Origin: Octopus bimaculoides
Taxonomy: Eukaryota
NCBI RefSeq assembly: GCF_001194135.2
Contig: NC_068981.1
Coordinates: forward strand, 148,916,969-148,964,341
Direction of reading: 5' to 3'
Length of the DNA stretch: 47,373 nt
Part shown: positions 12,627 to 25,389 of the stretch, one piece after another
Layout of the letters: each line of letters starts with the position of its first letter
Position numbering within the stretch: position 1 is the stretch's first letter
Translations under genes and position numbers: made by a program
Notes under the pieces: model-generated
What the model saw: only the letters and a program-made list of their open reading frames with translations
Told to the model about the DNA's origin: nothing
Databases searched by the model: none

Positions 12627-13720
12627 TACTGCTTCTAATTATCAGTATCAAAACGCATAATCTACTGAGTATGTACTGCATTGTATCTCTTATGAATACT
12701 TACAGATTATGTTTTATTACTTTTCATTATACTTCATTAACGACCTACATCGAAGTGGCTCTCTACTGTATACTGTATATCAGTGCTGAATTTTTATTTC
12801 TAATTGGGTAATTTAATGAAGTTTTAAACTTATAAACTCTAAAACGAAAACGAAAGGTAGAACCTTTCGTCGCTTATCTGGCAAAAATTGGTTAAACTCC
12901 TGCACAGTTGTGTCTACATCTAGGAACAGTAATCTGTTCAAGAATTCCTTGTGTACTGGAAAATACCATCCATTCAGATATATTATAGTAAATTATTCTG
13001 GCAAATGCATATGGTCTAGCTAGTATAAGAAATTAAGGTGTGATGTACTTTGTATGGCACTAATTATATTACGGAAACTGTAGTGTTTCTTCGATAATAA
13101 AGCTAAGAAATCTGTAACTTAATGTTTGGCTTAATTTTTTATCAAAACAAATTAAATGGGAAAAATTTCACTGGTTAATCCCTCAACTTGCAATTGTTGA
13201 TCTGTTACCTGTCAAAAATTAAGATTGAATTTAGCACAAGATACATGAATAATTGCAGAGATTTGACCCCGTGGATATACATTTGTGAGCTTAGATGATC
13301 TCATAGGATTTAGTAATACACTAGCAACATTGGATATGTCGCTCTTCATGATTTACAAATCGAAATCAAAGAGAGTGAGAAAGGGGGAAAGGGAGAGAGA
13401 GAGAGAGATAGGGGAAAGAGGGAGAGAGAGAGGGGGGGGAGACATAAAAAAAAACAAAATTTGCAAGTAGGTTGCCTCCAGAGATCCTTTCAAATATAGA
13501 GTAGTCTTTCCTTTCAATGCTAAGTCACAATGCAAAAATAAATAAATAAATAAATAAATAAATAGATAAATAAATAAATAAATAGATAAAAACCAAACAA
13601 TTCACTTGTATTCTTCATAGATGCAGGAAAACATAAGATCTAACCATCCCGGATATTCAGCATTCATTATAAGTTGTCTTTGGAGTCTTCAGCCCTAAGA
13701 AACAAGATCCTTCCAACACG

Positions 13721-14310
13721 TGTTTCCTTAAGCTACCGTACGTTAGCCAGTATACAGCCAATGCTATTCACAAAGTCTTTCACAAAGAAGGGATATATAT
13801 ATATAAAACTGGCTCACTAAGTCCATTCCGTCCGGAAATGCTTGTCGAAGAATCATCTTCCCCAAGAGAAAAATCCATGATGCTAGCCACCAGTTCTATC
13901 CACAACAGAAGCATGGGCCTGTATATCATACATATGCCGTATATCAGATCCTCTATTTCAAATTCAATGAATATCATACAAGTAGTACGATTCGGCAGCG
14001 ACACACCCGAATCAGAAGACATACACTTCATTTTACAAAATGAAAAAGGAGAAAAAGTAGGAAGAAAAAATCGGAAAATACAAAAATATAAACGAAGATA
14101 TTGTAGTGACCATTACCGGCATAGATCATAATATCGTAATATCGTAATATCGAATAACTCTGATTACGAAACTAATATTGAGATCTTTAATTCAATCTAA
14201 ACATTTCCGGTCAGAAGAAATATCCTTTACTATAATGATGGAAACTAAATTCTATTTTAAAAAGATATTTTGATAAACCCCAAACCCACACGTCAATAAT
14301 TAACCAGCTT
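13721..14310 (+). pseudogene. Penelope-like element relic: RT thumb/linker and GIY-YIG endonuclease, frameshifted
   Basis: CFLKLPYVSQYTANAIHKVFHKEGI (from 13721) and YAVYQILYFKFNEYHTSSTIRQRHTRIRRH (13933-14022) resemble the PLE motifs LPYV..S..I.R.L and VYQI.C..C.E.YIGST.R.L..RI.EH. Confidence 0.55.
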
Positions 14311-14674
14311 GACATAAATGAGTGCAGATGAATACAATAACTCGTACTACTCGATCATTCTAAGCTATGTACCCCGACACACTGTCAGGTAATACTCACT
14401 TGCAAGTGACATTTCCTCGGATCATACTATTTTACCAATAACGGAGAAAATGGTTTTCTTGTTGAATTTAAGTTATTTTAAAGATCGATCGAATTTGTAA
14501 CAGCGCCAAAGCGAAAACATTTAAAGCAAAAAGGAATAAACATTAGATTTGTCTAATAGTTATTACTTAAAAATATGCTTAAAATAGATTAATTGAGGTA
14601 ACTTATTGCTAAAATATCTAATGTAGCATGAAAGAACTAACTAGAATTATGTAATGAAAGAGAATATCTCATCT

Positions 14675-15200
14675 AGGTCGTCCCGTAGGACGCCCCAATA
14701 GGGGTTTCGGTTGCACATACTATAGGAGTTACAGGGCGCTGCTCTGTGTGGTCCCGCAGTTTCCATCTAACTAAGAATATTAGGGTCTCATCTGTTGTCT
14801 TATATTCAAGATCATCTGCATGACATCCTGCTAGTTCAAAGCCAGGAATCTGATCTGTTAGGTCCTGCCAATAACTAAATCCACACCCTGCTGCCAACGT
14901 TTCGATTTATTGTCGTTAGGGTTTTGTTTATTTCTCCTACCCTTCGACCTGTCTGGCCTGGTAAGACCTGCCTGAATATTTCTCTCCCTCCAGTATAGCT
15001 CTCCGAGTCAATGGAACAAACGGGCACTTCATCGCGACAGGCCGTTGACTGTACAGTAGTTCTTCTGCCTTGTAACGGGTCTTATTTTTCGTCCCGCAGG
15101 GTTTCCAACAATCACGCTCCTCACCAAGCAAGCTTCATGGAGTGGTTGCCAGTTTAGTCGCCGACAACTCGACCATGTGACAGGTTATACTGGGTTACAT
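14675..15200 (+). mobile_element. Possible decayed LINE 3' end
   Basis: GC-richer block; GRPVGRP-like codons at 14677; CCTTCGACCTGTCTGGC..CCAGTATAGCTCTC..CATCGCGACAGG resembles RTE-type 3' tails (recollection only). Confidence 0.3.
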
Positions 15201-16456
15201 GTTACCACTAGCGCTTAAGAAAATAAGAGAAGAGTTAAGTGACCAATATTATTTTCTGTCCTTCAGCTAAATATAGGAGACAAACTGTATATTTATACCT
15301 TATTTTGATTTCATCAGCAAAGTATAGCTTCCACTCTGCATATTGAAAACAGTGGCGGAATGATTAGAGGGATAAGATTGTATATATTTATTGGTATAAG
15401 AAAATATAATTGCTTAGAAATTAAATAATTGCCATCAGCATGGAAAAATTCAATTTGATGCGAAAAGGTTTGCCACGCAACCACGTGAGAAAAGTATTAA
15501 AGAATATTTTTGCCAAACACGCTTCACAACAGTCTTAATTTAAACAATGAAAAAACAAAATCAGTTAACACACACATACTTGTGTGTGTATGTGTGTGTG
15601 TTATACTTGCAGAAAGGAAAAGAAGTGTATATAATAAAAAGTGAAGAATAAAATCATGCAATACAATACGTACTTAGCTGATATGAGGGTAGTTTAAATA
15701 AGGAGACAGACGAAGAAATATGAGACGAATAAAGTCATCAAGGAAATGAAATCTTAAAAGTTATGCACAGCTACATACAGACTACATAAATAGTAAGCAT
15801 CCAGGAATTACAATTACAAAAAAAATAAAAAAAATAAAAAAGTAAAAAAAAAACTGAAGAAAAAACTGCGGAAGTGAATTGAAGTACAGAAAACAATAGC
15901 AAGATTAACTTCACATCTTGCTCGCGTTTTTCCTATGATTCTCTTCATAGAAGTATTTTGAGTCTAAAACTAACTGCAAGAATTTATACATCTTGATAAT
16001 ATAATTGTCATTGTTTGACGTTGCGGCTAAAAATGACATAACCGAGGTAGACGATAGAAATCTGTGTTTTTCATCCCTTACCAATCATTAGAAACCAATT
16101 AAAGCACTAGTTTTCCGCCTCTGTATCCACATAGCAAAGAACAATTTTATTTGATATTAATTACACTATCACTTTCACAGTCATTAGAAAATGTTCAAAT
16201 ATTCGAAAATTACTCAGATTATTGAATTTTTTGCTGTTATTGAACATATTTTTATGAGGTCTAGCTTTTGAAATGTAGTCGTTCCTTAAAAGACTAACGT
16301 TTCTTGAATTATTTTTGTGCACTGAATTTTCAAAGATATTTCATATCATAAAACTAAAAATATAAGCTACAATAGATGTATACAATTATGCATGTATACA
16401 TGTGTGTATGTGTACATACATACATACATACATACATACATACATACATACATACA

Positions 16457-16655
16457 TACGTGGGTGTGCTGAAAAGTTTCTGGCTTTGGGTAAAAGAAAA
16501 TACAGGAAGATCGTTTAATTATGATTTTATTTAATATATTCCCCCTTCAGATTCACACACTCATTTCAGCAGTCCTTCTGTTTGTCAAAGCCCTGTAAAA
16601 GAACTCGGGAGGTTGGTCTGTAAACTAGGAACTTTTCAGTCAGCACCCCTTCGTA
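16457..16655. mobile_element. Mariner-derived MITE
   Basis: TA-flanked TIRs CGTGGGTGTGCTGAAAAGTTTCTGGCTTT / AGGAACTTTTCAG..CACCCCTTCG; homologous copy in opposite orientation at 45911-46083. Confidence 0.75.
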
Positions 16656-16977
16656 CATATATATATATATATGGTTTGAACCATTAAACTAAACCGCCCA
16701 CACAACAAATTTTTCCGTATATTTAAGATATATAGAAATCTCGCTTTATGAGACGCTATTATACGTTAAATTCAAATTACGATGAATGTAAACAAACAAA
16801 CGAAGTTTGTTTTAGAAGCGTTGAAATGTCTTAGAAAGTTAAAGAAGTGATGTTTTTTAAAATTCTCAAACGCAGGATAATGGTAATAATATAGCTTGAA
16901 CAGGATAATCTACCCTTATTTTGCAGAAAAAAGTGTTGGCCGGCCGCCAACACTTTATATATGTATGTATGTATGTT

Positions 16978-17026
<49 letters not shown>

Positions 17027-17367
17027 GTGTGTGTATGTGGGTGCACGTGTTTGTAGGGCGCAGTATAGCCAAATGAAAATATTTTTCGCAAGTCTTTTTG
17101 CATTCAACCGCACCTTGTGGCATGCTAATCAGTTGTCTTTTACCATAATCTGTGGTAGATCAAAACATTGTAAAATAAATAACGGAAGTGTTATGTTTAG
17201 TGCTATCTTTAGAATTCAATGAGCTGATAATTCAGTAGTTTTTTTGCTTTTTTAGCCTGAAGGAAAAGACACTGGCCACTATTGAGAGGGTAAGAAGAGA
17301 GGGAGGAAGGTGTATATGATAAAACCGGAGACCCGAACCGCATACTTGTAGAATTGACTCCTGTAAT

Positions 17368-17427
17368 GTCATAATCGATTGTCTGGTATACCACGTGGTA
17401 GTGTTAAACCAGACAATCGATTATGAC
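17368..17427. repeat. Perfect 20-bp hairpin with a 12-bp palindrome in its 20-nt loop
   Basis: GTCATAATCGATTGTCTGGT / ACCAGACAATCGATTATGAC; loop contains TACCACGTGGTA. Confidence 0.85.
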
Positions 17428-17439
17428 TGTTACCTTTAT

Positions 17440-17530
17440 AGGCCACGGAGGGATTTGAACTCAGTACACAAGAAACTGGAACAAATACCACAAGACATCC
17501 AGTACGACGTCCTTGCAGCTCAGCCAATGA
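17440..17530 (-). mobile_element. Degenerate SINE family B-like head
   Basis: GGATTTGAACTCAG (B-box reverse complement) ... CAGCCAA. Confidence 0.5.
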
Positions 17531-17666
17531 ACTTTTTTTCTTACCGACTCATTCATCCCAATGTCCAACTGTTGTCATTTTGCCGTTGTGATCGAACTAT
17601 ATATTTGTTGATTTAGAACTTCATGTGTATACTTCTTTGTCTGAAGGGAGGCCGTGCTGAGGACTC

Positions 17667-17815
17667 GTATATCGTTTGGTTGAAATGATATATAAGTCCT
17701 CATCGGTCTGTATATTATTTGTTTGAAATGATCTACGAGTCCTCATTGGTGTGCGTATGATTTGGTTGAAATGATATACGAATCCTTATAGGTCCGTGTA
17801 TCACTTGGTTGAAAT
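17667..17815. repeat. Minisatellite, ~43-bp unit x3.4, diverged
   Basis: Recurrent TTTGGTTGAAATGATATA(C/T)GAGTCCTCAT-like unit. Confidence 0.8.
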
Positions 17816-18929
17816 CCGTAGCTGGGTATGTGAAAGAGTACATATATATAAAAAAAAACACACAAAAAAACAAGTGAGGTTGTTTATCTGATACTTAGTA
17901 ACACTATCTTACATACGCTTCATTAACAAAATGATTAATAGCTATTTAATGTAAATTATATAATTAAATTGCATTTTCAAATCTTCAGAGACGCGTAACT
18001 CTTGTTCTTAATATTACTAGATTAGTGACAGTAATCACAAATGTTTGCTCATCCGGAGATGACAACACTGTCATAAATCCAGTAATATTATGTACTTGTT
18101 AAGGTTTGGCATTGCAGTAATTTACATTATATAACTGACAATCATTCATTGTGAATGAAACGTGTGTAAGACGGTGCAACTAAATATTTTAGAATCAATT
18201 TCTCCTATTTTGTTTTTGTTTTAGTATGTGTGTATATATGCACGTATGTATACATGCATACAAGCACGAGCGCAAAAATATCTATGAATACATAATTACA
18301 TATATTGTATATGTGTGCGTGTATGCCCATCGATGTATATGTGTGCGAACATTAATTTTTATGTAGGCATGTACTTATGTATGTATTTGTATACTGGCAA
18401 ATGATCAATAAGTTTGCCTCGCAATTATAGTGTCTATCCCAGTGTAGACATCTGAGGCTTCATTTGAACACAAGCCACGTGAATAAAATTGTATATGAAA
18501 ATATATGCAAAAGCTCAGTGGAATAACTGTGTCTGTAATGTAAGGTTCTATGTTCGTTCCATATAGTGTCATACAGATTGCGCTCAGGTATTACGTAAAC
18601 TGTATTAGTAGAATACTCAGCCACTTAAACAAAATGATTTATTCTGTCGCTGGTCCTACTGAACTATATAATACCGAAAACGTCACTAAATGCATCTGTG
18701 CGTGCGAGAGTGTGTGATGGCGTATATTTTCAAAAAGTACCAGTTATTATACTGTTATTCCACTCGATACAAATCTAATAGAGGTAGAACGGGATAACTG
18801 ATATTGTGAAAAATCAGAGAAAATGCTCGACAGATTTTATTTTCATTCCCCGTCTCGGTCTCAAACCCTGCATTAGTAAAATTTATCCTTCGGTATCCTT
18901 AGATGAATTAGGATTGTAGTTTAGAAGAA

Positions 18930-19020
18930 TCGTAACAACCACGGTATTTGGTTATGGTTCTTTATGCTATGAGTTCAAATCGCACCGAGATCAACTTTGT
19001 CTTTCGTCTTCCTTGGGTAA
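18930..19020 (+). mobile_element. Degenerate SINE family B fragment
   Basis: TGAGTTCAAATCGCACCGAGATCAACTTTGTCTTTC. Confidence 0.55.
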
Positions 19021-19702
19021 CTTATTTTTCGCTCTAATTTGAAGCTTTATGCCTATATTAGAAATGGATATTTTTATCATTGATTAAATAATAACATTAG
19101 AATACTGAGAAATATTTAGTCGAATGTACTTATCCAATTGTTGAAATATGATTTAATAAAGAGCATTTTATTTCTAAAATATCAATTAATGATTAACACT
19201 TTTGAATTCGAGGATAAGAGAAAATAGGACACGTGACATTTGCCATATTTTCCACAAAATATGAAAATGGTTTTAGACAGTGTAATTAAGAATCACAGAA
19301 AAAAATTTGGAATGAAAAGTTCTGCTCTCATAATTGAATGGGATATATACTACTGTTTTATTTATTTATTTATTGGAGGGTGGGATGTTACAGAGACATA
19401 CAAACACACACCAAACTCCACGCAGCATGTGTTTTAATGGTTTTAAAGCTCTTAATATAAAATCTGAAGCAACCACCCATAGATAATGGTAAAATGTAAA
19501 CTCCACCCCGCCTCACTCGTTCTAGCACAAAATATACTATTAACTGTTATAAGTATGTTAAGATAAAGTAATTGCCTTGAAAATGCGTGTTATAATGCAC
19601 ACTCACAGAAATACGCACGTACATTTACACATAGGACAAATGTATATACAAAAATATACATTTACAAATTCTCAGTTAAATACAAACACAAAGGAAAGTA
19701 TA

Positions 19703-19935
19703 GACGGTGAATTAACTGTGAGAATGTCGGACGAAATGTCTTGCGGTATCTGAGTTCGATTCCCGCTTGTCGTTAACTATGTTTTTCATCTCCCCGGAGT
19801 CGATAAAATAACCCCTTAGTAATTTGAATGGCAGAAATGTTTCAGCATCAAACAGGATACTTTGCACTATTTCTTCCGGTTCTTTACATTCTTAGTTCAA
19901 ATCTTGCCACAGCCTACTTGGGTGGTCGACTTTCA
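19703..19935 (+). mobile_element. Two tandem degenerate SINE family B units
   Basis: Two B-box-like motifs (TGAGTTCGATTCCCG, TAGTTCAAATC) and a GTCGATAAAATAA domain. Confidence 0.55.
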
Positions 19936-21101
19936 TACACATAGCTCTTGGATGCTTTTAAAGTAGTGTACTCTGTCGCAAGAACTTAGGACACGGTTCT
20001 GGTTTGTGGATTCCTTTACCCTTGCTCCCGCTAGTTACAGAAAACTTACAAAGAATCTCGCAGAGCCTTTCTAATTAGAGTGGTAATAACAAATATCTAG
20101 ACTAAAACCAACAACAAATATCTAAGTAAAAAATACTACTTAGTTCGTTTGTGGATTTTATGGAAAATAATTTACACTTTCCTTTGATCATAGCGATATA
20201 ACCGCTTTGCAGTATTTGTTCAGGCTATTAATCTTAACTACCAAGTTTATCTTTGCCTTTCAAATCCTTTCGAGGTTGACAAAATAAAGCAAGTTTTCGA
20301 CCGATTTAATCCAATAACTCCGCTCAAAAGCTAAAAGGGAAGATCGTTTTACTTTGTGAATAAGTTAGAAACAGTTATATTAATTTATTTCATGATAGTA
20401 TTATATATGTATTATTGTGGCGGACTGGCGTCCCGTCCATGAGGCAAAATGTACGCCAAAGAAACTGGCAGGACGATCCTATGCTCCTTACGGAGTAATG
20501 TGGACTAAACATTATGCATATATATATTATAGACTATAAAACTTTTCGTCATGGATATAATTGCTCAGTATCTTATTATTTTTTATTTGGCATTGAAATG
20601 GCTGAATTATTAAGATTTTAGACTCTCTTGTCTTTTCCCATTAAATTAGCTGCAGATAACTCACGATTTTAATCGATTTTCATGCTGTGTTCTATCACGG
20701 AGTATGAAAATCGATATGCTTCGTTTAACGAAACTGTCGGTAATGGGGTATCAAACCTTCAGTGAACGGTAGTTTTTTTGGGGGGGAAAGGGCGCCATAT
20801 TTATTGGCGTGAAATCCAATGGAAACATACTTCTGTGCATGTGTTCTTTTTTGTTTGTTTCATTCACTGGACTGCGGTTGTATTAAATCATCTTTATCGA
20901 TGAATTTTCCAGTCTATTATATCGACTACAATATTTTGCATAAACAAAGTAGATACATATCTGGTGCTTATTTTGATCCCTATTTGGTCGTCCATATAAG
21001 GTTTTATCAGCAAAGTCAAGCAGGGTATAAAGGAATCTATTGACAACATGACAAAGTATCAAAACGTATTTTTGTTCTTCGCATTAATCTGCCATCCTAC
21101 A

Positions 21102-21140
<39 letters not shown>

Positions 21141-21742
21141 NNNNNNNNNNNNNNNNNNNNNNNNNNNNNNNNNNNNNNNNNNNNNNNNNNNNNNNNNNNN
21201 NNNNNNNNNNNNNNNNNNNNNNNNNNNNNNNNNNNNNNNNNNNNNNNNNNNNNNNNNNNNNNNNNNNNNNNNNNNNNNNNNNNNNNNNNNNNNNNNNNNN
21301 NNNNNNNNNNNNNNNNNNNNNNNNNNNNNNNNNNNNNNNNNNNNNNNNNNNNNNNNNNNNNNNNNNNNNNNNNNNNNNNNNNNNNNNNNNNNNNNNNNNN
21401 NNNNNNNNNNNNNNNNNNNNNNNNNNNNNNNNNNNNNNNNNNNNNNNNNNNNNNNNNNNNNNNNNNNNNNNNNNNNNNNNNNNNNNNNNNNNNNNNNNNN
21501 NNNNNNNNNNNNNNNNNNNNNNNNNNNNNNNNNNNNNNNNNNNNNNNNNNNNNNNNNNNNNNNNNNNNNNNNNNNNNNNNNNNNNNNNNNNNNNNNNNNN
21601 NNNNNNNNNNNNNNNNNNNNNNNNNNNNNNNNNNNNNNNNNNNNNNNNNNNNNNNNNNNNNNNNNNNNNNNNNNNNNNNNNNNNNNNNNNNNNNNNNNNN
21701 NNNNNNNNNNNNNNNNNNNNNNNNNNNNNNNNNNNNNNNNNN

Positions 21743-22069
21743 ATAGGAGCACTCCGTCGGTTACGACGACGAAGGTCCCAGCTGATACAATCAATGGAAC
21801 AACTTGCTCGTGAAATTAACGTTCAAGCGGCTGACCACTCCACAGACACGTGTAACCTTAACGCAGTTCTCGGGGAGATTCGGCGTGACACAGAATGTGA
21901 CAAGGCTGGCCTTTTGAAATACAGGTACTGCTCATTTTTGCTAGTTGAGTGGACTGGAGCAGTGTGAAATAAAGTGTCTTGCTCAAGGACACACCACGTC
22001 GCAGGGAATGGAACTCACGACCTTGCGATATCGTAAGCGAAATGCCCTAATCACTAAGCCACGTGCCAT
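21743..22069 (-). mobile_element. tRNA-derived SINE sharing its 3' module with family C but with a different head and central domain
   Basis: 21806-21928 matches 3265-3387; head TGGCTTAGTGATTAGG..GAGTTCCATTCC then GTGTCCTTGAGCAAGACACTTTATTTCAC. Confidence 0.85.
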
Positions 22070-22071
22070 CA

Positions 22072-22126
<55 letters not shown>

Positions 22127-22149
22127 AGTTTAAAAAAAAACAATAACAA

Positions 22150-22394
22150 AAAAACAACAAAGTAAGGACGTGATACGGATAGTGTTATTGGACGCTCGGG
22201 AAAGGAAAGAGAGAGTGTATGACGTTTCGGGCGTAGCCCTTCGTCGGAAAGATGGAAAGTTCGGAGAATGGAAAAACGGAGAAAGAGGAAAATGGTACCG
22301 ATGCCCACGAGGTTACATTGTGAAAATACCGGAAGAGGAGGTGGTGGGGGAAAAGTTCTTTCTAAGACAGGAGAGTGAAAAAGGGAGATGAATA
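22150..22394 (-). mobile_element. Penelope-like pLTR fragment with degenerate hammerhead-like motif
   Basis: Minus strand CCGACGA-A-GGG-CTACG-CCC-GAAAC-GTC (22221-22247), then TTCCCGAGCGTC also seen after the 30490 motif. Confidence 0.55.
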
Positions 22395-23116
22395 NNNNNN
22401 NNNNNNNNNNNNNNNNNNNNNNNNNNNNNNNNNNNNNNNNNNNNNNNNNNNNNNNNNNNNNNNNNNNNNNNNNNNNNNNNNNNNNNNNNNNNNNNNNNNN
22501 NNNNNNNNNNNNNNNNNNNNNNNNNNNNNNNNNNNNNNNNNNNNNNNNNNNNNNNNNNNNNNNNNNNNNNNNNNNNNNNNNNNNNNNNNNNNNNNNNNNN
22601 NNNNNNNNNNNNNNNNNNNNNNNNNNNNNNNNNNNNNNNNNNNNNNNNNNNNNNNNNNNNNNNNNNNNNNNNNNNNNNNNNNNNNNNNNNNNNNNNNNNN
22701 NNNNNNNNNNNNNNNNNNNNNNNNNNNNNNNNNNNNNNNNNNNNNNNNNNNNNNNNNNNNNNNNNNNNNNNNNNNNNNNNNNNNNNNNNNNNNNNNNNNN
22801 NNNNNNNNNNNNNNNNNNNNNNNNNNNNNNNNNNNNNNNNNNNNNNNNNNNNNNNNNNNNNNNNNNNNNNNNNNNNNNNNNNNNNNNNNNNNNNNNNNNN
22901 NNNNNNNNNNNNNNNNNNNNNNNNNNNNNNNNNNNNNNNNNNNNNNNNNNNNNNNNNNNNNNNNNNNNNNNNNNNNNNNNNNNNNNNNNNNNNNNNNNNN
23001 NNNNNNNNNNNNNNNNNNNNNNNNNNNNNNNNNNNNNNNNNNNNNNNNNNNNNNNNNNNNNNNNNNNNNNNNNNNNNNNNNNNNNNNNNNNNNNNNNNNN
23101 NNNNNNNNNNNNNNNN

Positions 23117-23430
23117 AGACAAGACCTGCTTTTATCTGTCTCTTCTCAAAGCTCGTTTTTCCAGCGTTCACCACTTCAGATCGTCTTGGCTTAACAGCCT
23201 TCACCGTTCGTTTTTACTGTTTTGTTCTCACTGTCCTGTTTTTGTTACCACTTTCACCCTCCGCAAACAATCCCGAATTTTATTTAATTTGCTTTGCGGG
23301 AAGGACTGTTTTAACGAAGTCGCAGCTTGTCCTCACCTTCGAAACGCGGAGTAGATAAAACAGGGGACAACTGATGAAGGGAATGTTCTTTATGTTGCAT
23401 GTCTCGGTTCTCTGTTTGTTTTTTTTCGTT
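23117..23430 (+). mobile_element. Interspersed repeat, probable PLE terminus; homologous to 39180-39450 (-)
   Basis: Both copies share GGGAAG..TTTTAACGA..CTTCGAAACG..CTGATGAAGG..AATGTTCT.TATGT; the first 63 bp recur directly at 23860-23921. Confidence 0.55.
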
Positions 23431-24859
23431 GTTCGAAAAAAAGTTCGTTTTCTACAATTTTGTTTTTTGTATTCTCGTTTCTCATTACCTACTTTTTTTT
23501 TTGATGATCTGTGCCAATATATGCATGTATATATACATATATATGTAGGTATGTACATATATGTATGTATATATACATATATTTATATATTATTTATATT
23601 ATTATATGATCGAACGCTACGCATCTTTTTCCAAGTAAGTTTTATCTTAATAATTACGATGCACAATCTTGTTCTATCTCTTTTCTGTATATCTATCTCT
23701 CCCTCTTGTTCTTCTTCCTTTCTGTTTTTCTCTCCCACCCTTTCCCTATTCTTCTCCTCTCCCCTTCACCGTTCCATCTCTCTCACTCTTCCTCCTTGAC
23801 TCTCTCGTTGATCACACGTGACTAACGGGCATTCTCTCTTTCTTCCACTTCCTTCCTAAAGACAAGACGTGCTTTTATCTGTCTCTTCTTAAACCACGTT
23901 TTTCCAGCGTTCACACTTCACAGTGCCGATATAACAATCACAGGTTCCACTACATTTTACAAAACGGATATGAAACAACTCGAGGAAAGATAACCATCAC
24001 TTTTCGGTAAAAATACATGTAAACTTGACGGACGAGAAGCATATATCTAATGTGTCACCAGAAAGAAATCGCTAAGACATAATGAGACGTACTACGTCTC
24101 TAATCATCTGCCACATCTGAAGTGTGGAAAGCTGATAGGTAACTATAGGAAAAACTTAAAATAAAAAATGAATATATATAGAAATATGAAAGAGAATACA
24201 GATAGAGAGAAAAAGAAAAACTAACAGCAAAAAGTAAATAACAAGAAAAACTCGAGCTGAAACAAAGAATAATACAAAAAANNNNNNNNNNNNNNNNNNN
24301 NNNNNNNNNNNNNNNNNNNNNNNNNNNNNNNNNNNNNNNNNNNNNNNNNNNNNNNNNNNNNNNNNNNNNNNNNNNNNNNNNNNNNNNNNNNNNNNNNNNN
24401 NNNNNNNNNNNNNNNNNNNNNNNNNNNNNNNNNNNNNNNNNNNNNNNNNNNNNNNNNNNNNNNTATATATATATATATATCTTTGTGTGTTTGTGTGTGT
24501 GCGTGTATGAGTATGCATGAAGTATCTATCTATCTATCTATCTATCTATCTGTGTGAGTTTGTATGTATGTATATATATATATATATACACACATTATGA
24601 ACCACATATATTTAAAGTATACATGCACCTTTGATTACTATTTCATTCTGGTGCCCCCACCCAGTAGCCATTCAATGTTTAAAAGCTAGTTTTAGAGAAA
24701 CTTCTTTCAAAATTCCTTTTTTGTTTTTCACACATTAACTTGTGTAAGTTGAACAATGTAAAATGTTAGAGAAAGAATCCTATTTGTTTCTTGCAAATAA
24801 ATACCAATGCATGCATCTGAAGCAAAATTCTTTCAGGGGCCTTTAAAATACTATTGTGG

Positions 24860-24956
24860 ATTCCCAATTTACTATTTTGTTGCATGGACCCCCAAAAAAT
24901 CTTATAGAGACCCTCAGGGGCCATGTGGACCCTGGTTGAGAACCATTGGTCTAGAC
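24860..24956. mobile_element. hAT (Charlie-like) element end
   Basis: GGACCCTGGTTGAGAACCATTG (TIR-like, ends 24948) followed by GTCTAGAC, matching the NTCTAGAN target preference of Charlie-type hATs; other end not found. Confidence 0.45.
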
Positions 24957-25389
24957 TAATATATCTCCAGCTTCAAACTAAAAGATGGCGTCTGCATGCA
25001 TAACCGACTCTCTTAGTCACTCACCCTTCTAATTTAAGTCATACCGTATCAGTCCATCACTGAAGGTTCTGAAGTGTTCTTCACAATTCGATCATTGTTT
25101 AACCCATCTTGTATTTTGCCAAGGCCTTCTAGATAAACTCACTTCTCTACCATTATCTGACACCAGTTGCTCTTCATTTAACCACGGGTAATTATTTTGT
25201 TAATGTTTGTCTTATATTGAAGTTACCTAAAATACCTTACCTCTATTCGAATTTATTATCATGCTCGCTGATTTCAATGCAAACAAATCGTTCTTGTTGC
25301 CAACACCAATCTGCAAGTGATCAATAAAATCATCTTAAGGTTACTTCTCTATCATCCTCACCACCATTTACTACATACCATTTTCAAAG

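Noticed and set aside
17667-17815. Regularly spaced repeats as a CRISPR array (also 39547-39680, 42633-42723)
   Set aside because: Eukaryotic context, no unique spacers, whole units are homologous, no cas genes.
20672-20715. 15-bp stem hairpin ATCGATTTTCATGCT / AGTATGAAAATCGAT
   Set aside because: Short, AT-rich and without supporting context; too weak to interpret.
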